Of a stretch of DNA of 64,000 bases, positions 50,801-62,639 are shown in pieces (positions within the stretch are counted from its first letter, which is position 1; every line of letters starts with the position of its first letter). The translations under genes and the position numbers were made by a program. The notes below the pieces were generated by a model. That model searched no databases, was not told the DNA's origin, and was given only the letters and a program-made list of their open reading frames with translations. The DNA is from Bugula neritina (Eukaryota; Animalia; Bryozoa), in NCBI GenBank assembly GCA_964035545.1, contig CAXIUT010000230.1, forward strand, positions 1,784,185 to 1,848,184. The letters are read 5' to 3'.

Positions 50801-53800
50801 ATACTGAAATACGCTGCAACATACTGAAATATGATGCAAAATACTGCAACATACTGAAATACACTATAACACACTGAAATACACTGCAACATACTGAAAT
50901 ACACTGAAATACACTGTAACATATTGAAATACATTGCAAAACATCGAAATATACTGCAACATACTCAAATATGCTCTAGCATACTGAAAGACACTACAAC
51001 TCACTGAAGTATAGTGTAATATACGGAAATGTACTGAAACATGCCGAAATATACTGCAACACACTGAAACATAAGGCAACATAGTGAAATATACTGCGAC
51101 ACATTGAAATATACTGCAACATACTGAAATATACTGCAACATAGTGCAACATACTAAAATACACTGCAACATACTGCAACATACTGAAATACAATGGAAC
51201 ATATTAAATTACACTGCGACACATTAAAATATACTGCAACACACTGAAACATACGGCAACATACCGAAATATACTGCGACACGTTGAAAAATACTGCAAC
51301 ATACTGAAATATACTGCAAGTGGTGCAACATACTGAAATACACTGTGACACACTGAAATACACTGCAACATACTGCAACATACTGAAACATACTGAAATA
51401 CACTGTAACATATTGAAATACACTGCAACATACTGCAACATACTGAAATACACTGGAACTTACTGAAATATACTGCGACACATTAAAATATATTAAAACA
51501 TACTGAAATATACTTCAACATGCTGCAACATACTAAAATACAATGTAACATACTGAAACACATTGCAACACATTGAAATATCCGGCAACAGACTGAAACA
51601 TACTGCAACATACTGAAATATACTGCAATATACTGAATTACACTATAACATATTGAAATATACTGCAAGATACTGAATTACACTCTAACATACTGAAATA
51701 TGCTGTAGCATACTGAATTACACTGCAACACACTGAAGTATACTCTAATATACTGAAATGTACTGCGACATACTGAATTATACTGCAACATACTGCAACA
51801 TACTGAAATACACTGTAACATAATGAAATATGCTGTAGCACACTGAAATACACTGCAACACACTGAAGTATACTGTAATATACTGAAATAAACTGCAACA
51901 TACTGCAACATACTGAATTACACTTGAACATAATGAAATACACTGAAACCCATTGAAATATACTGCAACATACCGAAATGATTGGTAAACTAGTGAAATA
52001 TACTGTGACATAATGAAACATACCGGAACATACTGCAACATAATTAAATATACTGTAACACACTGAAATATGCTACAAGATACTGAAATATACTGTAACA
52101 TACTGAAACGTACGCAACATACTGAAATACGCTGCAACATACTGAAATATGATGCAAGATGCTGCAACATACTGAATTACACTATAACACACTGAAATAC
52201 ACTGCAACATACTGAAGTACACTGAAATACACTGTAACATATTGAAATACACTGCAACATACTGCAACGTACTGCAACATACTGAAATACACTGTGAAAC
52301 ACTGAAATACACTGCAACATACTGCAATATACTGCAACATACTGAAATAAACTGAGACACATTAAAATATACTGCAACATACTGAAATATACTGCAACAT
52401 AGTGCAACATACTAAAATACACTGCAACATACTGCAACATACTGAAATACACTTGAACATATTAAATTACACTGCGACACATTAAAATATACTGCAACAC
52501 ACTGAAACATACGGCAACATACCGAAATATACTGCGACACGTTGAAAAATACTGCAACATACTGAAATATACTGCAAGTGGTGCAACATACTGAAATACA
52601 CTGTGACACACTGAAATACACTGCAACATACTGCAACATACTGAAACATACTGAAATACACTGTAACATATTGAAATACACTGCAACATACTGCAACATA
52701 CTGAAATACACTGGAACTTACTGAAATATACTGCGACACATTAAAATATATTAAAACATACTGAAATATACTTCAACATGCTGCAACATACTGACTTACA
52801 CTTGAACATAATGAAATACACTGAAACCCATTGAAATATACTGCAACATACCGAAATGAATGGTAAACTAGTGAAATATACTGTGACATAATGAAACATA
52901 CCGGAACATACTGCAACATAATTAAATATACTGTAACACACTGAAATATGCTACAAGATACTGAAATATACTGTAACATACTGAAACGTACGCAACATAC
53001 TGAAATACGCTGCAACATTCTGAAATATACTGCAAGATTCTGCAACATACTGAAATACACTATAACACACTGAAATACACTGCAACATACTGAAATACAC
53101 TGAAATACACTGTAACATATTGAAATACACTGCAACATACTGCAACATACTGCAACATACTGAAATACACTGGAACTTACTGAAATATACTGCGACACAT
53201 TAAAATATACTGTAACATACTGAAATATACTTCAACATGCTGCAACATACTAAAATACAATGTAACATACTGAAATAGATTGCAACACATTGAAATATAC
53301 TGCAACATACTGAAACATACTGCAACATACTGAAATATACTGCAATATACTGAATTACACTATAACATATTGAAATATACTGCAAGATACTGAATTACAC
53401 TCTAACATACTGAAATATGCTGTAGCATACTGAATTACACTGCAACACACTGAAGTATACTCTAATATACTGAAATGTACTGCGACATACTGAATTATAC
53501 TGCAACATACTGCAACATACTGAAATACACTGTAACATAATGAAATATGCTGTAGCACACTGAAATACACTGCAACACTCTGAAGTATACTGTAATATAC
53601 TGAAATGTACTGCAACATACTGGAATATACTGTAACACACTGAAATATACTCTAACATACCGAAATGCACTGTAACATACTGAAATAAACTGCAACCTAC
53701 TGCAATATACTGAATTACACTTGAACATAATGAAATACACTGAAACACATTGAAATATACTGCAACATACCGAAATGAATGGTAAACTAGTGAAATATAC

Positions 53801-54240
53801 TGTGACATAATGAAACATACCGGAACATACTGCAACATAATAAAACATTCTGTAACACACTGAAATATGCTACAAGATATTGAAATATGCTGTAACATAC
53901 TGAAACGTACGCAATATACTGAAATACGCTGCAACATACTGAAATATGATGCAAAATACTGCAACATACTGAAATACACTATAACACACTGAAATACACT
54001 GCAACATACTGAAATACACTGAAATACACTGTAACATAATGAAATACATTACAAAACATCGAAATATACTGCAACATACTGAAATATGCTCTAGCATACT
54101 GAAAGACACTACAACTCACTGAAGTATAGTGTAATATACGGAAATGTACTGAAACATGCCGAAATATACTGCAACACACTGAAACATAAGGCAACATAGT
54201 GAAATATACTGCGACACATTGAAATATACTGCAACATACT
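44880..54240. repeat. Three tandem copies of a 3,115-bp higher-order repeat, each with an internal 1,258-bp-offset repeat
   Basis: ORF triplets 45253/48368/51483, 46511/49626/52741, 46970/50085/53200, 47749/50864/53979 are all spaced 3,115. Internal offsets 44994/46252 and 45253/46511 = 1,258. Confidence 0.93.
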
Positions 54241-57200
54241 AAAATATACTGCAACATACTGCAACATCCTAAAATACACTGTAACATACTGAAATACACT
54301 GCAACAACTTGAAAAATACTGCAACATACCTAAACATACGGCAACATACTAAAATACACTATAACATATCGAAATATACTGAAACGTACTGAAATACACT
54401 ATAACATATTGAAATATGCTGTAGCATACTGAAATATACTGCCACACACTGAAGTATACTGTAATATACAGAAATGTACTGTAACATACTGAAACATACG
54501 GCAACATACTGAAATGTACTGCAACATACTGAAATATACTGCAACAAAGTGCAACGTACTGAAATACACTGTAACATATTGAAATACACTGCAAAACATC
54601 GAAATATACTGCAACACACTCAAATATACTGAAACATACAGAAATATACTGCAACATACAGAAATATACTGCAACAGACTGCAACATACTGAAAACCAGT
54701 GTAACATACTGAAAAAGACTGCAACACATTGGAATATGCTGCAACATAGTGAAATATGCTGTAGCATACTGAAAGACACTACAACTCACTGAAGTATAGT
54801 GTAACATACGGAAATGTACTACAACATGCCTAAATAAACTGCAACATACTGAAATACACTACAACATACTGCAACATACTAAAATACACTATAACATATT
54901 GAAATATACTGCAACATACTAAAATACACTATAACACATTGAAACATGCTGTAGCATACTGAAATACACTGCAACACACTGGTGTATACTGTGATATACA
55001 GAAATGTACTGTAACATACTGAAACATACGGCAACATACTGAAATACACTGAAACATATGGAAATACACTGCGACACATTGAATTATACTGCAACACACT
55101 GAAGTATACTGTAATACACTGAAATATAATGCAACATACTGAATTATACTGCAACATAGTGCAACATACAGAAATACACTACAACATACTGCAACATACT
55201 GAAATACACTGTGAAACACTGAAATACACTGCAACATACTGCAATATACTGCAACATACTGAAATAAACTGAGACACATTAAAATATACTGCAACATACT
55301 GAAATATACTGCAACATAGTGCAACATACTAAAATACACTGCAACATACTGCAACATACTGAAATACACTGGAACATATTAAATTACACTGCGACACATT
55401 AAAATATACTGCAACACACTGAAACATACGGCAACATACCGAAATATACTGCGACACGTTGAAAAATACTGCAACATACTGAAATATACTGCAAGTGGTG
55501 CAACATACTGAAATACACTGTGACACACTGAAATACACTGCAACATACTGCAACATACTGAAACATACTGAAATACACTGTAACATATTGAAATACACTG
55601 CAACATACTGCAACATACTGAAATACACTGGAACTTACTGAAATATACTGCGACACATTAAAATATATTAAAACATACTGAAATATACTTCAACATGCTG
55701 CAACATACTAAAATACAATGTAACATACTGAAATACATTGCAACACATTGAAATATCCTGCAACAGACTGAAACATACTGCAACATACTGAAATATACTG
55801 CAACATACTGAATTACACTATAACATATTGAAATATACTGCAACATACTGAATTACACTCTAACATACTGAAATATGCTGTAGCATAATGAATTACACTG
55901 CAACACACTGAAGTATACTGTAATATACTGAAATGTACTGCGATATACTGAGTTATACTGCAACATACTGCAACATACTGAATTACACTGTAACATAATG
56001 AAATATGCTGTAGCACACTGAAATACACTGCAACACACTGAAGTAAACTGTAATAAACTGAAATGTACTGCAACATACTGAAAGATACTGCAACATACTG
56101 CAACAAACTAAAATACACTGCAACATACTGAAATAAATTGCAACACATTAAAATATACTGCAACATACTAAGACATACTGCAACATACTGAAATATACTG
56201 CAACATACTGAATTACACTCTAACATAATGAAATATGCTGTAGCATACTGAAATACACTGCAACATACTGCAAAAAATTGAAATACACTGGAACATATTG
56301 AAATATACTGCAACATACCTAAATGAATGGTAAACTAATGAAATGTACTGTAACGTAATGAAACATACTCTAGCACAATGAAAAATACTGCACGATACTG
56401 AAATATACTGGAACATACTGAAATGTACGCAACATACTGAAGTACGCAGCAACATACTGATTTATACTGCAAGATACTGCAACATACTGAAATACACTGT
56501 AACATACTGAAACACACTGCAACATACTGCAACATACTGAAATACACTGGAACATATTGAAATACACTGCAACACTTTGAAATATGCTTCAACACACTGA
56601 AAAACACTGCAACATACTGAAACATACTGCAAGTGGTGCAACATACTGAAACACACTGTGAGACACTGAAATATACTGCAACATACTGAAACATACTGCA
56701 ACATACTGAAATATACTGCGACACATTAAAATATACTGCAACATACTGAAATATACTGCAACATACTGAAACATACTGCAACATACTGAATTATACTGCA
56801 ACATACTGAAATACACTATAACATATTAAATTATACTGCAACATACTGAATTGCACTCTAACATATTGAAATATGCTGTAGCATACTGAAATACACTGCA
56901 ACACACTGAAGTATACTGTAATACACTGAAATGTACTGCAATATACTGAAATATACTGCAACATATTGCAACCTACTGAAATACACTGTAACATAATGAA
57001 GTACACTGCAACATACTGAAATGCACTGGAACATATTGGAATGCACTGCAACACATCGAAATATACTGCAACACACTGAAATGTACATCAACATACTGAA
57101 ATATACTGCGACACATTAAAATATACTGCAACACACTTAAATATACTGCAACATACAGAAATATACAGCAACATACAGAAATATACTGCAACAGACTGCA

Positions 57201-57426
57201 ACATACTGAAATACACTGCAACACATTAGAATATACTGCAACATACTGAAATATGCTGTAACATGCTGAAAGACACTACAACTTACTGAAGAGTAGTGTA
57301 ATATACGGAAAAGTACTGCGACATGCCGAAATATACTGCAACATACTGACATACACTACAACATACTGCAACATACTGAAATACACTGGAACACATTGAA
57401 ATATACTGCAACATACTGAAATACAC

Positions 57427-57733
57427 AGGATAGTTAAGGGCAACCTTTTAGCTGCAACTGCCTTGCTGAGGTTTGCATTGTAATCATATAAGAATTCAGT
57501 ACCATTAAAATAAAATCTCACCGTATTGTGCTAGAGTCAAAATTAAAAACTATGTTGTAGATCCTGTTTTTTCCCAGTGCAACTTTTTTGGAATTTTTAA
57601 TTTTCATTTTTTTTGCAAAGTTATAGACAAAAAACTGCCCACTTTTGGTCAAATTTGCCAGAAAAGCTGACCTTTCAGTACCAGTAAAATATCTCAGCAG
57701 CAAAAGATGATATCTGAATTAAACTTGCACTGC
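57427..57733 (-). other. ~307-bp unique insertion inside the satellite; possible captured or pseudogenised coding fragment
   Basis: Abrupt loss of periodicity after ...CTGAAATACAC (57,426), resuming at TGGAATATACTGCA (57,734). The minus strand reads YHLLLLRYFTGTERSAFLANLTKSGQFFVYNFAKKMKIKNSKKVALGKNRIYNIVFNFDSSTIR*, with an overlapping frame continuing VRFYFNGTEFLYDYNANLSKAVAAKRLPLTI. No TSD, TIR or terminal poly(A) seen. The insertion is certain; a coding origin is inference. Confidence 0.85.
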
Positions 57734-60700
57734 TGGAATATACTGCAACATACTGAAATATACTGCAAGATACTGCAACATACTGAAATCCACTGTAACA
57801 TACTTAAATACACTGCAACATACTGCAATATACTGAATTACATTGGAACATATTGAAATACACTGCAACACTTTGAAATATACTGCAACACACTGAAACA
57901 TACTGCAAGTGGTGCAACATACTGAAATACACTGTGACACACTGAAATACACTGCAACATACTGCAACATACTGCAACATACTGAAATACACTGTAACAT
58001 ATTGAAATACACTGCAACATACTGCAACATATTGAAATACACTGGAACATATTGAAATACACTGTAACACATCGAAATATACTGCAACACACTGAAACAT
58101 ACGACAACATACTGAATTATTCTGCAACATACTGCAACATACTAAAATACACTGTAACATACTGAAATACATTGCAAAACAATAAAATATACTGCAACAT
58201 ACTAAAACATACTGCAACATACTGAAACATACTGCAACATACTGAATTACACTCTAACATACTGAAATATGGTGTAGCATACTGAAATACACCGCAACAC
58301 ACTGAAGTATACTGTAATATACAGAAATGTACTGCAACATACTGAATTATACTGCAACATACTGCAACATACTGAAATGCACTGTAACATAACGAAATAC
58401 ACTGCAACACATTGAAATATACTGCAACATACTGAAATGATTGGTAAACTAGTGAAATGTACTGTAACATAATGAAACATACCGGAACATTCTGCAACAT
58501 AAGGAAATATACTGTAGCACACTGAAATATACTGCACGATACTGAAATATACTGTAACATACTGAAATGTACGCAACATACTGAAGTACGCTGCAACATA
58601 CTGATTTATACTGCAAGATACTGCAACATACTGAATTCCACTGTAACATACTGAAATACACTGCAACATACTGCAACATACTGAATTACACTGGAACATA
58701 TTGAAATACACTGCAACACTTTGAAATATACTGCAACACACTGAAACATATGGCAACATACCGAAATACACTGCGACACGTTGACAAATACTGCAACATA
58801 CTGAAATATACTGCAAGTGGTGCAACATACTGAAATATACTGTACTATACTAAAATTCTTTGCAAAACAATAAAATATACTGCAACATACTGAAACATAC
58901 TGCAACATACTGAAATATACTGTAACATACTGAGACACACTATAACATATTGAAATATACTGCAACATACTGAATTACACTCTAACATACTGAAATATGC
59001 TGTAGCATACTGAAATACACTGCCACACACTGAAGTATACTGTATTATACAGAAATGTACTGCAACATACTGAATTATACTGCAACATACTGCAACATAC
59101 TGAAATACACTGTAACATAACGAAATACATTGCAACACATTGAAATATACTGCAACATACTGAAATGAATGGTCAACAAGTGAAATATCTTGTAACACAA
59201 TGAAACATACAGGAACATACTGCAACATAATGAAATATACTGTAGCACATTGAAATATACTGCACGATACTGAAATATACTGTAACATACTGAAATGTAT
59301 GCAACATACTGAAGTTTGCTGCAACATACTGATTTATACTGCAAGATATTGCAACATACTGAAATACACTGTAACAAACTGAAATACACCGCAACATACT
59401 GCAACATACTGAATTACACTGGAACATATTGAAATACACTGCAACACTTTGAAATATACTGCAACACACTGAAACATACGGCAACATACCGAAATATACT
59501 GCGACACTTTGAAAAATATTGCAGCATACGGAAATACACTGGAACATATTGAAATACACTGCAACACCTTGTAATATACTGCAACACACCTAAATATACG
59601 GTAGTGTATGAAATATACTTTAACGCAAAGAAACATACCGGAACATACTGCAACATAATGAAATATACTGTAGCACACTGAAATATACTGTGCGATGCTG
59701 AAATATACTGTAACATACTGAAATGTACGCAACATACTGAAGTACGCTGCAACATACTGAAATGTACTGCAAGATACTGCAACATACTGAAATCCACTGT
59801 AACATACTGAAATACACTGCAACATACTGAAACATACTGAATTACATTGGAACATATTGATATACACTGCAACACTTTGAAATATACTGCAACACACTGA
59901 AACATCTGGCAACATACCGAAATACACTGCGACACGTTGAAAAATACTGCAACATACTGAAATATACTGCAATAGTGGTGCAACATACTGAAATACACTG
60001 TGACACACTGAAATACACTGCAATATACTGCAACATACTGCAACATACTGAAATATACTGGAACATATTGAAATACACTGCAACACATCGAAATATACTG
60101 CAACACACTGAAACATACGGCAACATACTGAAATATACTGTGACACATTAAAATATACTGCAACATACAGAAATATACTGCAACAGACTGCAACATACTG
60201 AAAAACAGTGTAACATACTGAAATACACTGCAACACATTGGAATATACTGCAACATACTCAAATATACTGCAACATACTCAAATACACTACAACATACTG
60301 CAACATACTGAAATACACTGTAACATAACGAAATACACTGCCACATACTGCAACATACTGCAACATACTGAAATACACTGTAACATATTGAAATATACTG
60401 CAACATACTGCAACATACTGAAATACACTGGAACATATTGGAATACAATGCAACACATCGAAATATACTGCAACACACTGAAACATACGGCAACACACTG
60501 AAGTATACTGCAACAAAATAAAATATACTGCAACATACTGAAACATACTGCAACATACTGAAATATACTGCAACATACTGAAATATATGGTAAACTGCTG
60601 AAATATACTGTAACACATTGAAAGATACCGCAACATACTGAAATACACTGCAACACACTGTGGTATACTGTGTTATACAGGAATGTACTGTAACATACTG

Positions 60701-61030
60701 GAACATATGGCAACATACCAAAATATACTGCAACTGTGCAACATAATAAACTATACTGCAAACATACTAAAATATACTGCAACGACTCAAAAGTTACCTA
60801 ATGATACTGAAATATACTGAAACATGCTGAAACATGCTTCGACATACTCAAATATACTGGAACATATTACAATAAACTCTGACTCGCTAAAATATATTGC
60901 AACAGACTGAAATATACTGCGAGATACTGAATTATACTGCAACATGCTCAAATATACTCCAACATAATGTAATAAACTGCAACATATTGAAATATTCTGC
61001 AACATATCGAAGTGTATCGTAATATACGGA
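57734..61030. repeat. Same 10-bp satellite, distal block, progressively degenerate toward the array boundary at ~61,030
   Basis: Same monomers and orientation. Monomers after ~60,580 are heavily mutated (e.g. aacgactcaa aagttaccta, gactcgctaa, agtgtatcgt aatatacgga), then non-repetitive sequence starts at ~61,031. Confidence 0.97.
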
Positions 61031-62555
61031 CATCACAGTTAGTTTAAGGTCATACTTTTCAGTTTCTGGCTCTTTGCCAGGTGCTTTATGTTCTATATGA
61101 ACAATGTTCCACTGATAGCTCAAACAGGTTGAATGTCACAAGAACAAAAAAATATCAAAAGATAAAGAAACTTATGTTCTCCAATATACTTTTTTGTCTT
61201 TTTTAAAAGCCAATTCATGTTTAAGTTATAGCTTGTTAAAAAACATAGTCCCCCTTCCACATTCTTTTTAATTTATACGCTCCTGACTTGTTATTGTGTC
61301 TCAATATGTCTTGTATTTGAGTGCTCATTAGTCTCGCTTCACTAACTTTGCCTATACTTCACAAGTGCCGGTGCTGCTGGCTCAAAAGCTAAATGTTATA
61401 AACTGTCAGCTAAAACCCAATCTAGTATTCCTAGGTTGGTTGGCCTAAATAAAACAATATTCAAATCATGATTTCATGTTTTAAAAATTTACTCTATTCT
61501 AACCTGCTGCGTAGCTAGTTCTATTTTTGATGTATAATTAAAGAATTTGTGATACATTCTTTTGGCAACCATCCGAGCTATAAAATGCAGTAATGGTACT
61601 TATAATATTATATTATTATCATTATAATATGTTATATAGTATTATGTGTGTTTTTATTATACTGCACAATATATATTTTTTTATTGTTGTAGTGCAAACA
61701 AGTGCAATTAACCTAGTTTGCAAAATGTACCTCTAAATTATCAGAATATCAGTTTAGATATTTTCATGCTTTGTTAGGTAAACCTAAAAAAAGAGGCTGT
61801 ATTCCCAAAGTAAAGGGTGTTGAACTATGAACTATATTAGATTAGCCGCTCTGCTACCAAGTGCATCAGCATAATATTATATGAATAGCTCTGATGCTTT
61901 GTCTCCGGTGGCTGGCTGCGATATGATAACTTGGCCAACTTCCAAGAGTTTAAAATTGGCGCAATTATTCAAGAGGTTACATACTACACAGAGTTAGCAG
62001 TGATAGTAACTTTGCTATTGACAGTAGTTATTACAACTGCCAGCATATAAGCTGCATTGTAGAATGTCGTTGGGGTAGGCTAGTAAAACCAAATTCTGCT
62101 CTCTAATATATCTTAGACACAAGGCAGCAACATAATTTTTAGTTTCAAATTACATTGCCACCCTTACATGAGCTGTGGGCTTCATAACGATTCATATGAT
62201 TAGAGATTATGCTATAGGCCCTATATACCTGTGCTAGTGTATGATGAAAATAACACACCATTGTCAAAGTTAACTTCAAGTATGTTGTTTTCCAGAAACT
62301 CAGTATTGTCCATTTATCTCTCGCATACAAATACTTATGTAATAGCATACAGTTTAAGTTTTACTTTAGAGCACATCTGCAAACTCTACAATAAGAGCTT
62401 GCTTTACCAGTCTATTTCAGACCTGTTTTTGTAGCTAGTAATCCGCAAGCTACTTATTTTTCAACTTTTGGGTTATTTGTTCAAAACCATTAGCTTTGCT
62501 AATAACCTGAAGCTATTGCAACAGTTTGTGAAAATAGCTAGCCGCTGCTAGTCAG
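61031..62555. other. Unique AT-rich non-coding flank of the satellite; low-complexity AT patch at ~61,600-61,690
   Basis: No periodicity, and only short ORFs without recognisable motifs. Confidence 0.6.
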
Positions 62556-62639
62556 ATAGACTATGTAAAACTCAGCCAATCAGCGAAGTGTACCAGATCA
62601 ATGTTCCACCATTGTAACTTATATAAAATCCTGCAAGTT
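62556..62639 (+). repeat. Left terminal inverted repeat
   Basis: ATAGACTATGTAAAACTCAGCCAATCAGCGAAGTGTACCAGATCAATGTTCCACCATTGTAACTTATATAAAATCCTGCAAGTT is the reverse complement of 63,903-63,986 with 6 substitutions. Confidence 0.93.
62574..62628 (+). promoter_or_regulatory. Putative inward-facing Pol II promoter motifs in the left TIR: CCAAT box (AGCCAATCAG) and TATAAAA
   Basis: CCAAT at 62,576-62,580 in a strong NF-Y context, with TATAAAA at 62,622-62,628, 46 bp downstream. Mirrored in the right TIR (TCAAT variant; TTTTATA at 63,914-63,920). Motif match only. Confidence 0.35.

Larger units (their letters stand above)
1..57426. repeat. Tandem satellite array, degenerate 10-bp monomer (ACATACTGCA / ACATACTGAA / ATAYACTGYA), main block; runs off the left edge of the window
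   Basis: Continuous 10-bp periodicity visible in the 10-base columns. The dominant dimer is ACATACTGAA-ATAYACTGCA. The + strand is A/C-rich with about one G per monomer. No inverted segment was seen. Confidence 0.99.

Noticed and set aside
32813-60501. Short plus-strand ORFs (ILQHTEIYCN repeats) at 32813, 38123 and 60238
   Set aside because: Chance avoidance of the frequent TGA in ACTGAA; they are pure satellite translation.
90-61005. Hundreds of minus-strand ORFs up to 439 aa (LQYVAVCCSM / FQYVAVYFSM repeats) as Cys-rich or membrane proteins
   Set aside because: The reverse-strand monomers (TGCAGTATGT, TTCAGTATGT, TGCAGTRTAT) contain no stop codon in any frame. A 10-bp period makes all three frames encode the same repeat, the ORFs overlap in all frames, and indels are multiples of 10 rather than 3.
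1-61030. CRISPR array or diversity-generating cassette array
   Set aside because: There is no constant repeat alternating with unique spacers; all intervening sequence is the same decamer. No cas, recombinase or reverse transcriptase gene is present, and the context is eukaryotic.
1-61030. Telomerase-synthesised telomere repeat
   Set aside because: Variant monomers are copied in fixed kb-scale order, which requires DNA-templated duplication. No G-run motif is present.
1-61030. Fungal RIP signature (frequent CpA/TpA and TpG/TpA variation)
   Set aside because: Most C and G in the decamer lie in CpA/TpG context by construction, so ordinary transitions give this pattern. Recent long duplications remain near-identical.
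1-61030. Homology to the Drosophila 10-bp Prod satellite (AATAACATAG)
   Set aside because: Only a 6-7-bp AT-rich word (AACATA/TAACATA) is shared; the CTG core and the HOR structure differ.
60932-61123. Minus-strand ORF ...YQWNIVHIEHKAPGKEPETEKYDLKLTV crossing the array boundary
   Set aside because: Only ~30 non-satellite codons and no recognisable motif; it cannot be supported without a search.
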